A DNA stretch of 59,345 nucleotides, filler included, from Sphacelaria rigidula (Eukaryota): NCBI GenBank assembly GCA_964200075.2. It is 4 parts of 4 records of this genome, joined end to end, with 100 filler letters (N's around TTAATTAATTAA, not from the genome) between each part and the next. Parts side by side here need not be neighbours in the genome. Positions count along the whole stretch, not along the records: positions 29,728 to 44,487 come from CAXNAA020002062.1; positions 44,588 to 59,345 come from CAXNAA020002063.1; 2 more parts are not named here. One strand, 5' to 3'. Below are positions 36,845 to 49,229 of the stretch, piece by piece (position 1 is the stretch's first letter; every line of letters begins with the position of its first letter). The notes under the pieces were generated by a model that saw nothing but the letters and a program-made list of their open reading frames with translations, made no database searches and was not told where the DNA came from. The translations under genes were made by a program, and so were the position numbers.

Positions 36845-36917
36845 CACATCCAGGACAATAGATTCCATAGTGTGCACAGTACATTTTCTGACAATGGAAT
36901 CTGTTGTCCAGGGCGTG
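36845..36917. mobile_element. 73-bp micro-MITE with ~27-bp TIRs and 8-bp TSD
   Basis: CACATCCAGGACAATAGATTCCAT...ATGGAATCTGTTGTCCAGGGCGTG; TSD GAGGAGCA/GAGGAGTA; same terminus as 34297-34466. Confidence 0.8.
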
Positions 36918-37978
36918 GAGGAGTATCTAATTTCCTGTCGTCGAAGGCGGGAGGACGTGAGTAGGACCTAAAGTAGACTTGACGAGAGTCGACGCGGCTC
37001 GGAAGTGTTAGTCATGATCCAATGAGCGATGACAAAATGTCAGATATGTACCGGGGGGGAAATGGGTTGATTCTTCCAGCCCACGAACTCGTGCCGATGA
37101 AGGGGATGATGGGTTCAGAGTGTGACGAAGAAAACAATCCTGGTGCAATGGCCGTCAATGGGATTAAGGGTGTACGAAAACATCACACCACCCCCTTTTG
37201 CCCCTGGGAGATACCCGTTCTCCTACCGCAGTTGAGGCAGGCTTCTCACGTGCAGCACCGCGACGTTCCGAAGGGCAACTCCTACAGCGGGGATCCTATT
37301 CATCACAGTGCGATCAACAGTGCCTGCAATACATCTGACTCATGTTTAGTATTTCACGTCACGGCACTTCACAGCTAGTGCGGGATGGCACCAGGGTGCG
37401 GGAACTCCGGACGGACAGTAGACCGCACGACAGAGGGGAGAGGGAGGGAGGGGTTGTAGTGGTAGGAAGATCCCCATTTCAGTCCAACGCCTTTTGTCGT
37501 CAGATATCAAGAGATCCGAGCACTGTGTTCATCTCCGTACATCGCAACTTCGTGCGAAAAACCTGGTGCGGGATATTTTTTCGCTCAGATCACGTATCGC
37601 ATCAAAGCATGTCAGCAATGTACACGCGTGCTCTGCTGCGAGTCTCATCTTCCTTGGGAGCGTGCCTTTAACACCATCAGAGCCCCATTTCGACTAGATT
37701 ATGTTATTTCATTCGGCTAAAGATATAAACATCGTTGATCCTTGATCATAGCAAAGTTTCACGTTTCTGGAATCGTCTGCAGTGATGCCACGTACATCAT
37801 CAACCGAATTCAAAGCGCGCTCCATGTTTCTTGGCGCCTGGGGTACGCCGCGCCTATGAACTAATAACACGTCGTGGTAGGCGACGTTTATCTCAACCTC
37901 GATTGATATGATCACGAGCAAGACTGATTACGGCAAGCTATCTATGAGCCCTGCCGCCCACCTACCCATTAACAGACT

Positions 37979-38283
37979 ATTTGTTTGTTTTTTCCTCACA
38001 CTTTGAACCCGTCCCCTTCGTCGGGATGAGTCGGTGGTCTCGAGGGATCAAGCCATCTCTCCCCCGGTACGTGCCTTTCATTTGGTCTCGCGGATTGGGT
38101 CAGCACTCCCGCAACGCGTCAACTCACGTCACACATAGCCAGTCGACTACTTTGTTTACTCATGTTCTCACGCTTTCCACGGTGGAAATCATACATGAAG
38201 AAAAAAACCAACGCATCGGGAATCGAACCCGCGTTCTCTCCACCCTAACGGCGACAGTCGGACCATTACACCACCTACTCACT
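37979..38283 (-). mobile_element. tRNA-derived SINE
   Basis: On - strand: A box TGGTGTAATGGT, B box GGGTTCGATTCCC, oligo-T, ~200-bp body and A-rich tail; body fragment repeated at ~38765-38805. Confidence 0.75.
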
Positions 38284-38459
38284 AAAAGACTGATCAACCA
38301 ATCCATGCATTCATTCACTGTCTCACATCAAACGGTCCGCTACAAAATTCGGTCCGATATAAACAGCAGCAGCAGTTCGGGCAAGAGGAGGAAGAATGGA
38401 AAACAGCGGATACATGAAAATCGAATAGATAAAGGCACCTAATATGTGCTTCCACGCAC

Positions 38460-38588
38460 CTTGCCGCCGGACGAATCGAGGTTGAGCTTTCCGAGGCAGT
38501 TGGCGGCCTCCATAAACTTCTCGTCCTTGATGAGCTCCTCGAACAGCCTGTGTCGCAAGAGGAACTCCGCCTCGTCGTGCGCTCCAGT
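38460..38588 (-). CDS. CSN4: CSN4 exon 4 (TGAHDEAEFLLRHRLFEELIKDEKFMEAANCLGKLNLDSSGGK)
   Basis: Matches CSN4 SFEEQVASIRQHLA...AAQVLVGIPLETG; AAG acceptor, GTGCGT donor; 129 nt. Confidence 0.9.
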
Positions 38589-39964
38589 CTTGATTGCGTT
38601 TTCGTTTGTCATTTTCGTCGAATCAAAGGATTGAATGGGAGGGGGGGGGGCGGGGGGGTGACGTCGTTGAATCTGAGAAAAATGGTGCCAGTTTTGTCGT
38701 GATCCACATCTTTTCAAGTTTACTTTTATGGCGTTTTTAACCTCCTCCTCTTGTTAGGGACAAGTCCGTCTCAAGGGATCAACCCATCACTTCCCGGCAC
38801 CGATTTCAAGCAAGTATCCCACCGATGGGTGGCTATGAATAAAAGCCGCTTCAGAGACTTGGGGAAGAGCGGCATCGTGACTGTTGATTTCTCGATGAAC
38901 GCCGTGCAGGCAGGAGCAGACGGTGGTTGTATGCGGCTCATGTCGACGCGAAGACAACAGCTGAAACCGCAACGGTGGTCACGCGTTCCATCTTCGTCTC
39001 ACGTCTCTCCGGCAACTCTCCAAGAATCTAGGATTTCGTCTTCCACCACATACCAAGCTTCACAAATCTTCATTTTTTCGAAAGGCCAGGCAAGTCGTTG
39101 GTAACACCAAGGCTACATACAATCAAACGTGTCGCCCGAAACCTCAAACCGCTTCTAGCCGCTAGTACCTGTGTGGTAAAACCGTTTCAGAGGACCAGCG
39201 TATGATGCCGTAGTATGTCTGTGTAAGGGGGGATTCTTCGACAGTCTCAAATGTACCATACGGCACTGGAACGCATTCGTATCTTCAGCGCAATATCCGT
39301 TAACGCAATCATCTGTGTACAAGTGCCGCACAGCATAATACAATCAGCTGTGTGCTGCGTCCTACAGGACGGAGGGGGGGGGAGCTTGGCAAAGTTTTGC
39401 AAGCGGTCTGGAGCAAAGTTCAACCCATCACGTGGCAGTACAGTAAACTATTTGTTACCTTGCTGTAGAGCGAGTGTAGCGCGCGAAGACAGGTATCCCC
39501 GATAAAATAAAATAAAATAGTCAGCAGTGACAAACCTTCCCCCAGGCACAGCATGGCTGCCTACTAGTTTCCAATCGACTGGAGGTGCAAACGATGACTA
39601 CGGTATCACGTGTGCGCCGCCGTCACATCAGAAAATCCGTGCCCCCTTTTCCTCGGATATCGAAAACATGAGAATACATGTTGGATGATCCACGATCCAT
39701 GAATGACTGACTTCGCGATTGAAAGAGCGGTGTTTCGAGACCCTATACTTCCTGCACGGACGAGCGCCCTCACTCTGAAGAACTCCCAAGTCACTTTCAA
39801 CAACTTCCAAGAGTCACTCCAAGCAGCAGATTCATCCGAACGCCCTCGATCGCTTTCACCCTGCTGAACCACCATTTCACCCAGACACACGCCCACAATG
39901 GCTGTGTGGGGTCGTGTAGTACACGCGCCGTTTCGTGTAACCACAAACTCCCCTTATTGTAGCA

Positions 39965-39965
<1 letters not shown>

Positions 39966-40001
<36 letters not shown>

Positions 40002-40070
40002 CGCACTTCAACTGACCCCCCAGGAGGGGTCCATCCGTGGTGTCATGATAGCCGTACCCAAGAAAAACGA
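39966..40070 (-). repeat. (GATT)n microsatellite attached to a retroposon-like tail
   Basis: Second copy of the 35505-35610 sequence. Confidence 0.7.
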
Positions 40071-41115
40071 AGTAGGAGCATTCGAATATATACCTTGACT
40101 AGAGACCACTACTGTATATTGTATGAACATAAGACAACGTGCCTTCGTCACCCCAAATAAGTCCGCCTCACTGTGCGCTTCAGGCTACAGGTTTCCGCCC
40201 GTTTCACACGAAGATACCACGACATCAACAAGCGCGGAACGCAAATAAATACACTTGATCGGCATACATACGACGCTCCCGAATACACACGACAGGCAGC
40301 TACTGGAAGGCAAGCAGTAACAAGCTCCGCCTCGTCATACGTTCGCTCTACAGTATACCCTCCGGCCTCCCCTTGCGCAGGTTTTCCCCATCGAAAAAAA
40401 AAAAAAAAAGCGCGTAGCACAGGCAAAACGTAACACCACAAGGCAGACGGAAAATGCCCGGGGTCGGGACAGCAGAGATCGGGACCCNNNNNNNNNNAAG
40501 CTCCGCATCGTAAAACATTCGCTCTACAGTATACCCTCCGGCCCCCCCTTGCGCAGGTTTTCCCAAACGAAAAAAAAAAAAAAAAGCGCGTAGCACAGGA
40601 AAAACGTTACACCGCGATGCAGACTGAATATGAACTGGCTAGCGTCATGAGTGATGCGGCGCATGCTCCGTATAGGATCATAAAACGCGGTATGCACGGT
40701 CCCGGGGGAAGTGACTGTTTTGGATCAGAAATCTTCATCAGACGGAAGTGATATTTAGAGTGCAACCGCGGAGGATAGGTTTGGGGGGTGATGTACTACG
40801 TATCCTGGTGAGGAAGCTCGATTTGAATCGATTGCTCGTCACATATCGACTGACCGGCTGCAAAGTGAGCCATGATCATAACATAGGCGTCACCAAGGTG
40901 AACGAACGGAAATCCTCGGAAGGAAACTCGACGGAAGGAAGAACAGAGGGGGAAAAAAACAATAGCGAGAAAATTAAAAGGATAGCGTGAAAAAAACAGA
41001 AGGTATCAAAGCTAGCCGAGATCTTGATCACCGATGTTAGGCAAGGGGCGGTATGCTCCGTACGAATGTACACAGTAGTCTAGAGTATGTTGACAACAAG
41101 CGCAATTCAGATCAC

Positions 41116-41255
41116 CTGTCCCTGCATCTTATCGAGGCAGAAGTTGCACAGGGTCTCAAAGTCGTCAGGATTGCTGTCGGCCAGGGTGCACGCCCCTTTG
41201 GCAAGATGGGCGCAAACCGGCCGGGAGACGCCCTGGGGTACACCCTCTTGGAGCA
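41116..41255 (-). CDS. CSN4: CSN4 exon 3 (LQEGVPQGVSRPVCAHLAK...LCNFCLDKMQGQ)
   Basis: Matches CSN4 ENVSLVISRQLL...FTLEKIQPR; CAG/GT boundaries. Confidence 0.9.
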
Positions 41256-42018
41256 CTGGAGGGGACCAGGAGGGGACAGGACAGACCAGGCACAAAAATA
41301 ATGAAATCGAGATGAGTGAATGCGGCAGATAACATACAACAACACACTTACTACAGTAGTGGGCGGTCTGGCTACTGATATTGTGGCATTTTGTGATTTC
41401 TTCGTAATAAGCGGTGGCAAGCGGAAAGAGCCCAAGAAAATCGCCCATCATATTGGGGATCTGAAGACATTCGTATCCTCTCCACATTTCAAGAAAAATA
41501 TAGATGTGCTCAATGACTGAGTGAATTACGGGCTGACCGGCCATCGGGGGTCCTGCCACGCTTCAGCCCAGATTCTTATTCTTCGGTATTTTCGGTCGAT
41601 CAAGCCTGTCCCGATCATATCTGTGAAGAAATGTAAAGTTCCATTTTTTTTTAATTCTACCTAGTCATTGCACTAGCGCCGAAAAAATGTGTTTCACAGT
41701 CAACAACACCCTCCTGATGAACGGGGTATTTACTCGTATCGCCCGATAACACCCACCAACACTGACTTGGGCACTGTGTTTCGAGGATGGTCTGTTCATT
41801 GTACCAAAAACTACCGACGCTGGCAATTTCGAGTACTATCTAAGATGAAAGCCCCAAAGCACCCCTGAATACGCAGACCTCCCACTACTGTATAGGTGAA
41901 CGTCGAGTGAAACAAAACGGTCGATGGATATCGCGGTCGACGAGTTCATTTTCGCCACAAGAGAGGCGAGAGAGCACACAGCGCAAGAAGCAGACGAGGA
42001 TATGAAGAGGCAACATTT

Positions 42019-42280
42019 CACCCGTCGGATAGATCATAATCCGTCCGAAAATTATTTCCTCTCAGCGTACTGATCTGGATCATGATCCGGATCATTTGGC
42101 CCTCCTTTTCCATGTGTTGCTCCCTGCAGCGCCGGACCCCTATCACGCCGAGTAGCGCAAAGGATACGCTTTGCCTTTTCTGACCGTGGTCACATATTCT
42201 GAGTTTTTGAACCACCGGATCTGGGAGTCCGCTTTTAATATATAGTTATTTTAGACGGATCATTATCTGTCCGACGTGTT
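42019..42280. mobile_element. hAT-like MITE with ~30-bp TIRs in CSN4 intron 2
   Basis: CACCCGTCGGATAGATCATAATCCGTC...GACGGATCATTATCTGTCCGACGTGTT; TSD CAACATTT/CAACCTTT. Confidence 0.8.
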
Positions 42281-42379
42281 CAACCTTTGTGGGTCGTCTT
42301 GGTCCGTCTTATCCCCGCCCCTACATGTAGCCCAAAACAACACTGGTAAAACACACGGCAAAAACAATTGTCGACTCAC

Positions 42380-42450
42380 GATGTCCGAACATGGCTTGGA
42401 TATCGCCCAGGCGCCCGGCGGCTGCGAGCTCATCTCCCAGAGTCTTGTAT
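42380..42450 (-). CDS. CSN4: CSN4 exon 2 (YKTLGDELAAAGRLGDIQAMFGH)
   Basis: Polypyrimidine-CAG acceptor, GTGAGT donor, phases consistent on both sides. Confidence 0.85.
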
Positions 42451-43239
42451 CTGTCGGCAAAAAAGAAAAAAAAGAGGCGAAAGTAATCCCCGTGTATCGC
42501 TGTGAAGGGACGGGGTTCACTCTAGCGTAAAATGTTCCCAATAACCAACAAGACCCCAGCTCCCGTGGTATCAAAAATATGAATACATTCAAAACACCAA
42601 AATACGTGACGCAGTAGATTGCACTCATGGTCCCTTCACCATGCCCTCTCCTATCGGTGACAACCACTGCCAGTGAGCACCAGGGCGAGAAGGAGGGTAC
42701 TTGCAAAAAGGTGCGCCCGAACCGCAATTCGACGCGAGGTACATACTCGGAAAGACCGCGGGTTGAGGATCGCTCGGAGTATGATAGAAAGCATCAACAA
42801 GCGTCATCCACAGTAGAAAAAAAAAAAAAACTTCTCTCTATTATGGAGCCGGGCCGGTTCTATACGCCAAGGGGCGCACGAGCGGTTTATTGCTAGGAGT
42901 TTGTTCCCCACAGCACCTCCATGCGGTGCTCCTGCACGTCAACAAAATATTTTGAACCTTTTCGTTGTAGTAAGGGTCTTTGCGGAGACCTATCTGTTTC
43001 GATGGAAACACCAGCCTTTGTGGAGATGCGCAATAATAACATGGTATACATCCGACATGCTACACTTATATCTGAAAAAAGTGCGCGCCATGTTTGTACA
43101 TGTACGACTAACATACACGTGCGCAGGCTTGCCGATGTGGGTTCGGTTTTTTTGTTCCGGGGGGATGGGGGGGGGGGAAGGGTTACTATACGTATACGTG
43201 TACGGAAATCACGTATCTGAACTGTCGGACTAACTGTAC

Positions 43240-43304
43240 CTGGCGGTCCTTTCTCTCTGGTCGCTCACGGCTGCAATGCTTACCAGCTTCGACTCGAGCA
43301 CCAT
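43240..43304 (-). CDS. CSN4: COP9 signalosome subunit 4, coding exon 1 (MVLESKLVSIAAVSDQRERTA)
   Basis: ATG at 43304; resembles the plant CSN4 N-terminus (..DQRQKIEQYK); AG|GTACAG donor; phase fits exon 2. Confidence 0.8.
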
Positions 43305-44487
43305 GGTTGACGCACTCACAATATACTCTTTCCAGTTGCGGCCGCTGGGGAGATCAAATACAAAATCAACACGCGACGACATGTGGGTATGGAAGAGCTC
43401 TGGTGACTACTGGACCAGGCTGCGGCAAGGCGGAACAAAACAATAGCGGCACACCAGTGACCAGCGCGTCGTATGAGACCAGGCTCGCGAAGTTCTCGAT
43501 GGCAACATTTCAAGTTTTCAGTCATGACGAGCTGTCCCGTACACAAAAGTACAACAAAATTACAGTATGGATGATGATGTACAGTTGTATTACGCAGTTT
43601 ACATTATCCTTCACTATACCATACGCTATACCATACTGTAATGTGCGCGAAGCCAAACCTTATTATTACACAGTAACAGTGTACCGCGCTTTACCATGAC
43701 TTTGAGGGCCTTGGTACTGTCCTCTCGTTCAAATCCCTGGAAACCACCCTAAACACCAACCTCAACTTTTTCACGGGGTCTTCGGAAAGTTTTGACACCC
43801 CTCACTTCGTGCTAACATTTACGAAGATGACTTGTACGAGAACGCATTATACTGCACTACACTGTTATGGGAGTGAATGGAGCCCGATTTTGGGTACTAT
43901 ATATCTGTAAAATGGACCGACCACTATCCACAGCAGAAAAATGACCCGTGATCGAGCCAATCGTATCAATCACAGATACAGACGTCATCTCCGAATGAAG
44001 ATCTCGCTCATATGGAATGATCTCTAACTTGAGTGCATATTTACAAGCCTGCGAGTGGTCGGTGTCGCGGAAATATAGTTGCTCCAGCGACTGCACTGAC
44101 ATAGTGTTGTGTGCTTGTATTGTTTAGCTGTTGCACTCGGGAAGCACACGCCCACTACGTTCCACCACACATTCACCGTCCTTCTCAACATCAGCAGTCA
44201 AGAACACGAAAAGTGGCAGTAGTTGCGGGCGTCACCCACAACACCAACCCCACTTGACCGTTTTACTCACAAACCGCAAAAACAAAGCAGCAGAGAATAT
44301 TCAAACAATTACCACAAGTGTCGAGTATCGTGGAACAAGTGAGGTTGATGTAGACAACGTTGACGAAGAAAAAGCGATTCACGCTGTGCGGCTGGGCTGC
44401 ATATGGCATACCCCGCGCCTTTCGGTGATGGCGGGTTTGGCGAGCAATTACTTCATGGGCCCCATAGGCTCAGGGTCGTGGCACGAG

Positions 44488-44587
44488 NNNNNNNNNNNNN
44501 NNNNNNNNNNNNNNNNNNNNNNNNNNNNNNNTTAATTAATTAANNNNNNNNNNNNNNNNNNNNNNNNNNNNNNNNNNNNNNNNNNNN
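44488..44587. other. Artificial contig linker
   Basis: Same 44N-TTAATTAATTAA-44N structure. Confidence 0.98.
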
Positions 44588-45083
44588 AATCCTCCGGGTT
44601 CTCATCCTCAATCAAAAGCACCATCCTCAACATAGATGATTGGCTGTTATAAAAAGGGCTAGGGGGTGGGGAGGGGGGAGGGGGGAGACCGTACTCAATT
44701 GTTGCTTGCCTTAGTCGTTTGGCCATTGACCACGCGTCCCTTGCGGGACGGAGGGGGGTGGAGGGTGGTGGTGAAGAGCGAGAGAGAGTGGGAAAAAAAC
44801 AAGGGAGAAGGATGGAAACAACAAGAATGCCAGGCTGAAATCTCCAAGGAGAGAAGTCAACAACTGATAGGACGACACACGAGTATACTATATATTAGAT
44901 TACACGATGCTACCCCCGCCTCCCTCGCTCATCCCCCCTCAAGGGTTACACGGGTCATTCTCTCGACCATTTCCATTTTGGATTTCTCGCGGGCTGGTGC
45001 TCCTGTCGCTATACCAGCGGTGTTGGATATCCGAGCAATATCTGCCCTATTTCTTCTCCCGCACTACTAGAACTGAATACGAG

Positions 45084-45176
45084 TCAGTCGTCTTTCCCGT
45101 TGTCAACCACGGCTGTTTTATTTTCCCTCGTGACAGGGGCCGCCCAGAGAGCTGCGAGTAGTACCATGTGGCAAAC
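45084..45176 (-). CDS. ALG3: ALG3 terminal exon (VCHMVLLAALWAAPVTRENKTAVVDNGKDD*)
   Basis: Matches ICHAVILLQLW; CCAG acceptor; TGA stop. Confidence 0.9.
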   Translation of the reverse strand, partial: VCHMVLLAALWAAPVTRENKTAVVDNGKDD

Positions 45177-45454
45177 CTGGAGGACGCGCGGGATGCGAAG
45201 GGAGCGGGGGGCGGAGGGGGAGTGAAATAGTACAACAAGGTAACAAAAGCGATAAAGTTGACCATATTCGTGCAGGCTAGCGTGCACAGCCGGAATGTGC
45301 CGTTGTTCACCTACATACGACGGGGCGAGCAACACCAAACTTGCACTAAACTATACATTATTCACATAATGCCGTTGCACCACGACTCCAAGAACACCTC
45401 GGCCATACGTTCTGCACACGGGAAATCAAGCACAGCATCCGCAACGCTCGTCAC

Positions 45455-45598
45455 CTGCAGCACTGCAGAAGATATGGCGGTAGCAGGGAAGACGTTGAAG
45501 CTGATTTCTACGCCGACCAGCAAGGCCAACCGGCACATTACTGGAAGGTTCGTTTGCCACAGGAGGAAGGGCAGCGTGTGGTAGTACCACGAATAGAA
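45455..45598 (-). CDS. ALG3: ALG3 exon (FYSWYYHTLPFLLW...NVFPATAISSAVLQ)
   Basis: Matches FYVWYFHTLPYLLW...NTYPSTSCSSAAL; 144 nt. Confidence 0.97.
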
Positions 45599-46486
45599 CT
45601 GCGCAAGGCAAAAAAAAAAAACGAGGAAGAATACAGACAAGTGCACGAATGACAGGCACAAGAGTTGAATTCTGAACTCATCGAATGAATGAACCCGTCC
45701 TGCGCCAATCAAATCAGTTGTGGGCAAACAAACCGTACACTCGATTCGTGCATGCACGAAGTCACCGGTGAGGGGTCGGCTGTGTTTTACCCGTGTCGTA
45801 AGGGTCACAGCAAGGAAGTTAAGAAGCAGAAATAGGCGATTCGTGTTGTACGAAACACTCGCGGCAAACCATGCGTACCTTTGATTCGTGCGGTACGATT
45901 GAGGTGTACGAAAAATGAGCGTTTGGCCGATGCCACAGGAATGACTGGCGAGAACGACCGATGTACCCCTGGAGGGTGTCGTGCGAATCACGAACAGAAG
46001 ACGTGCACGAATCGAAATTTAATGTGCCAACCGTATTGTTGATTAGTTCCAGAGAACGTGAACAAATGGATCGTGATTTTATTCGTCCGAAGTATGAAGT
46101 ACTTGCATTCATAAAGGGAATCAAACGCGGTGAAAACGATCGTTTCGCTCGTAGCAGCAAGGCTCAAACGCGCTGGTTCACATTCGCTACCCTGGCTATA
46201 CGCCCATTCGTTTGGCATTATGGCCCCAACAAATATACGCGCGTATGATATGCGCACGAGCGTTCCTGGAACAGGAACGTTCGCTTGTAACGGGGGAGCT
46301 GATAAAACCACCACTGGGCATGTACGAGGAACGCGATCACGGCCATCTTTGTAACCGTTCCTGCGTGGTCAGTAGCGTGACGATTCCGTTTCAAATTCGA
46401 TGCCTGTTAAAGCTAGCTGCTATCTAGAGATCGGACATCGTAGATTTCTTGAGACGGCGTAGCTTGTGAACGTATGCAACACTGAC

Positions 46487-46834
46487 CTGGTAGTGCAAGC
46501 TGCGGCAAAACACGATGCCGATGAAATTCGACACGAACAGAGTCTTCACCACGTACTCTGGTAGCAGTAGCTGCCCGCGCAACCTCTCGCCCCTGCCCCC
46601 CCTGCTCAAGATTTTAATCGGCCCAGTCGATCGCAACCACTTGACGGCAAACACAGCGAGCGCGATAGCGGTGAGGGCCAGCAAGGCTACAGAGAGCACC
46701 GGACTCACGAAGACATCCTCGCTCAAGAACTTGAAGTTCACCGTCCACTCATACTTGAAGACCCGTCCAAGCTCGAAAGAGCGGGACAGGTAGGCGACGG
46801 GGTGGTGCAGCAGAAACGGCAGTCCTAACAGTAC
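46487..46834 (-). CDS. ALG3: ALG3 exon (VLLGLPFL...YLSRSFELGRVFKYEWTVNFKFL...SNFIGIVFCRSLHYQ)
   Basis: Conserved YLSRSF.LGR.F...WTVN and SNFIGI.F.RSLHYQ; 348 nt. Confidence 0.98.
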
Positions 46835-47575
46835 CTGCCGCGCCCCATAGTTATCGGCCGGAACACAGCGCTGGGTTTAATTAATGCGAAGTCGCTCCGC
46901 AAAAGAAATATGCAACTGTAAGCAAGTTCCATGTGCTTCCCGTCTCATTTTTTTTTTTCCCGTCGGTGCGAAGCAGACACTAATGCCGCAGCGCAAATTG
47001 TGAGAATATGTCATTGACGGCGAATGACAGTGTTCCGTCACAGTGGGAGACAGCGCAGTTTCGTGGAATGAATATGAAAAGCTACATGTGATGAATATAT
47101 GACGTGTGGACGACAAGCTATGCACAGCGTGACCTATATTCACCGTCAAGCTACGCAAACGTACATTCTCCAGAAGCATGACGTGTCTGCACCACTGGTG
47201 GAGACGTGAAACGCTTCCTTTTCAAAACAAACGCACATTCCCGATTGGTCAACAGAGAAAAGTCCTGAGCATTCAGCGCCCCGACCACCCCAGCCTCCTT
47301 TCCACCACCAAGTAGTGTGTATCGCCCGTATCGCCCACAATTGTGTGCGCTCATGGAAAGGGTACAAAGTGCTGTCCATCACACATCCCCCCTATCTTTT
47401 GTGCTCAGCGGGGGGGTCCAACAGTCGGGAGGAAAGTCGGGAGGAGCACGGTACACACGTGACGATCGAGTAAAGTTCCCGCTGCCGTAGGCACAAACGG
47501 CACAAAAGCAGACACACCAAAACTGCCCTCTGGTATATGACAGTCACACGGGTCATGAGAGAGCTGCGGCTTCAC

Positions 47576-47723
47576 CTGCACGCCCGCACAAATAGAGAGA
47601 CAAATTGCCGTGCCAGCGAACCCATTGGCTTGAAGCAGTAGAAGGAGCAATCCCGGAGAGAACAGTAAGATGTTCATCTTGACTCCCACCGCCACGCTGT
47701 ACACCGCGCAACCGAAGCGCCAC
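47576..47723 (-). CDS. ALG3: ALG3 exon (WRFGCAVYSVAVGVKMNILLFSPGLL...ICAGVQ)
   Basis: Matches SLAVSVKMNVLLFAPGLL. Confidence 0.97.
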
Positions 47724-48049
47724 CTGAGGACGATACGAGAACCAATATCAAGTGAGAGTCAGGGATGCGAAACGCCTCCACCAGCGAAATAAGGGGAAAT
47801 GGTCGGTGGGTCATTAGAGTCGAAGCAAAAGCTCGGCCGCTACAGAAAGTCACCAAGGCGACTGATGACTCGAAAACAAAACGCTGTATAAATAACTCGC
47901 CGTTCATCTGACAATTCCATTTTTATGGTCCCTGCCGGGGAATCGAGTAGGACTTTGTCTTTTTCCCTACATGAAGGGCTCCAGCCAGCGAGCGGCGAGT
48001 ACATGACACACCCAAGTGGAACAAACTTAGCTGCTGTTCATGACTTCAC

Positions 48050-48139
48050 CTATGGAGAACAAAAAGATACACGGCAGCATAGAGAAGCCACATGGCCACT
48101 CCATCGTTGAACAGCCGCAGCACGAAGATAGAGTGGAGC
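48050..48139 (-). CDS. ALG3: ALG3 exon (LHSIFVLRLFNDGVAMWLLYAAVYLFVLH)
   Basis: Hallmark HSIFVLRLFND motif; phases fit neighbours. Confidence 0.97.
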   Translation of the reverse strand, partial: APLYLRAAAVQRWSGHVASLCCRVSFCSP

Positions 48140-49065
48140 CTGCCGCAGCGAGAACGATGAAGGAGGATAAGCACCGAGTGTGCGCCGAGCGGAGGCGTCG
48201 CAAAGCAAACACACACCGTGGCGGGCGCGAAGTCAAGGAGATAGAGCGCGACGAGGAAAATACCAGTAGTTGTAGATCACAAAAGCATGAAAGATTCGAC
48301 CCTTGCTGCTTCAGATATACGCAATCGCGAGAGAAGTTTTGAGTCTACACGAACTGTTGAGGCAAATCAGGCATCAACCTACATAAATCGTCTCTGTCTC
48401 TTTCTTTTTTTTACTCTAGATCTGGCACATTACCGCCTTTAGCTGAGACGCATACTCACCGGTGCATATGATGCTTTTGGCATCATCTCACGATGAGGAT
48501 GGGTAGATTGTTTCCCGAAAGATGGGGTTCATGGGTGTGATCCACAGCGACACAATTGCGCACAGGGAACTCTCGCGGGGTTTATCCCTTCGAGCACCCC
48601 GAGGTGAACACGTAAGCCTCACGGTAATTTATTCAAGCAAAATAGATGCCGATTTCTCAAGCTTTTTTTACCTACCGGACATGTCGCTGGAAATGGACAC
48701 TAAAGACCACCTCGAGTACTTTCAATTGGCCCAAGCAGCGCCACAAAGCGGGCTATTTTCATAGTACAACTTGGGAGAAACACCCCCCCTTCCCAACCCC
48801 GTCTAAGGATAGTATTCGCAAAAAAGGAGAGTCGCTGATACCACACGCTGTACAGCTAAAAACAAGAAATCTTGGTTCACCGCACACGCACACGAAACGT
48901 ACACGAGACAAATGGTCACACCGCAGCAGATCATGACATGTTGAGCGCGGCCAAACTGGCGTGCAGGCTGCATAGCATACCCGATTCCCCACGATGAACC
49001 TGCCTCACGGAGAAGCAAAAATGAATAAACATGTGAACAGACCCGTCTTCGTCAAGCCCGCGGAC

Positions 49066-49229
49066 CTTCTTGAAGCGCACACCAGAAGGATGGACCAGAG
49101 GGGCATAGACTTCCGCCCGGCCAGAAGGTAGATGGACAACACCAGCACGATCAAAGACACGTACAGACCCGCGAAGATACACTGGGCAGTGAAGATATCC
49201 TCGCCGCTACCGGTGAGCCAGTGCAAACC
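49066..49229 (-). CDS. ALG3: ALG3 Dol-P-Man:Man5GlcNAc2-PP-Dol alpha-1,3-mannosyltransferase, first visible (internal) exon (GLHWLTGSGEDIFTAQCIFAGLY...CASR)
   Basis: Matches ALG3 [23 protein letters not shown]...CASYR; CAG/GT; 164 nt. N-terminal exons (TEIDW, GDTGPLVYPAG) not found. Confidence 0.92.

Noticed and set aside
38195..38283. tRNA gene
   Set aside because: A and B boxes are present but there is no acceptor-stem pairing, and it is attached to a repeat body; called a SINE head.
40322..40615. ~115-bp tandem duplication
   Set aside because: The copies flank a 10-N scaffold gap next to a poly-A run; likely an unmerged overlap artefact. The same applies to 18955-19135.
29728..49229. CSN4 and ALG3 as a linked gene pair
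   Set aside because: They lie on different contigs separated by an artificial linker.
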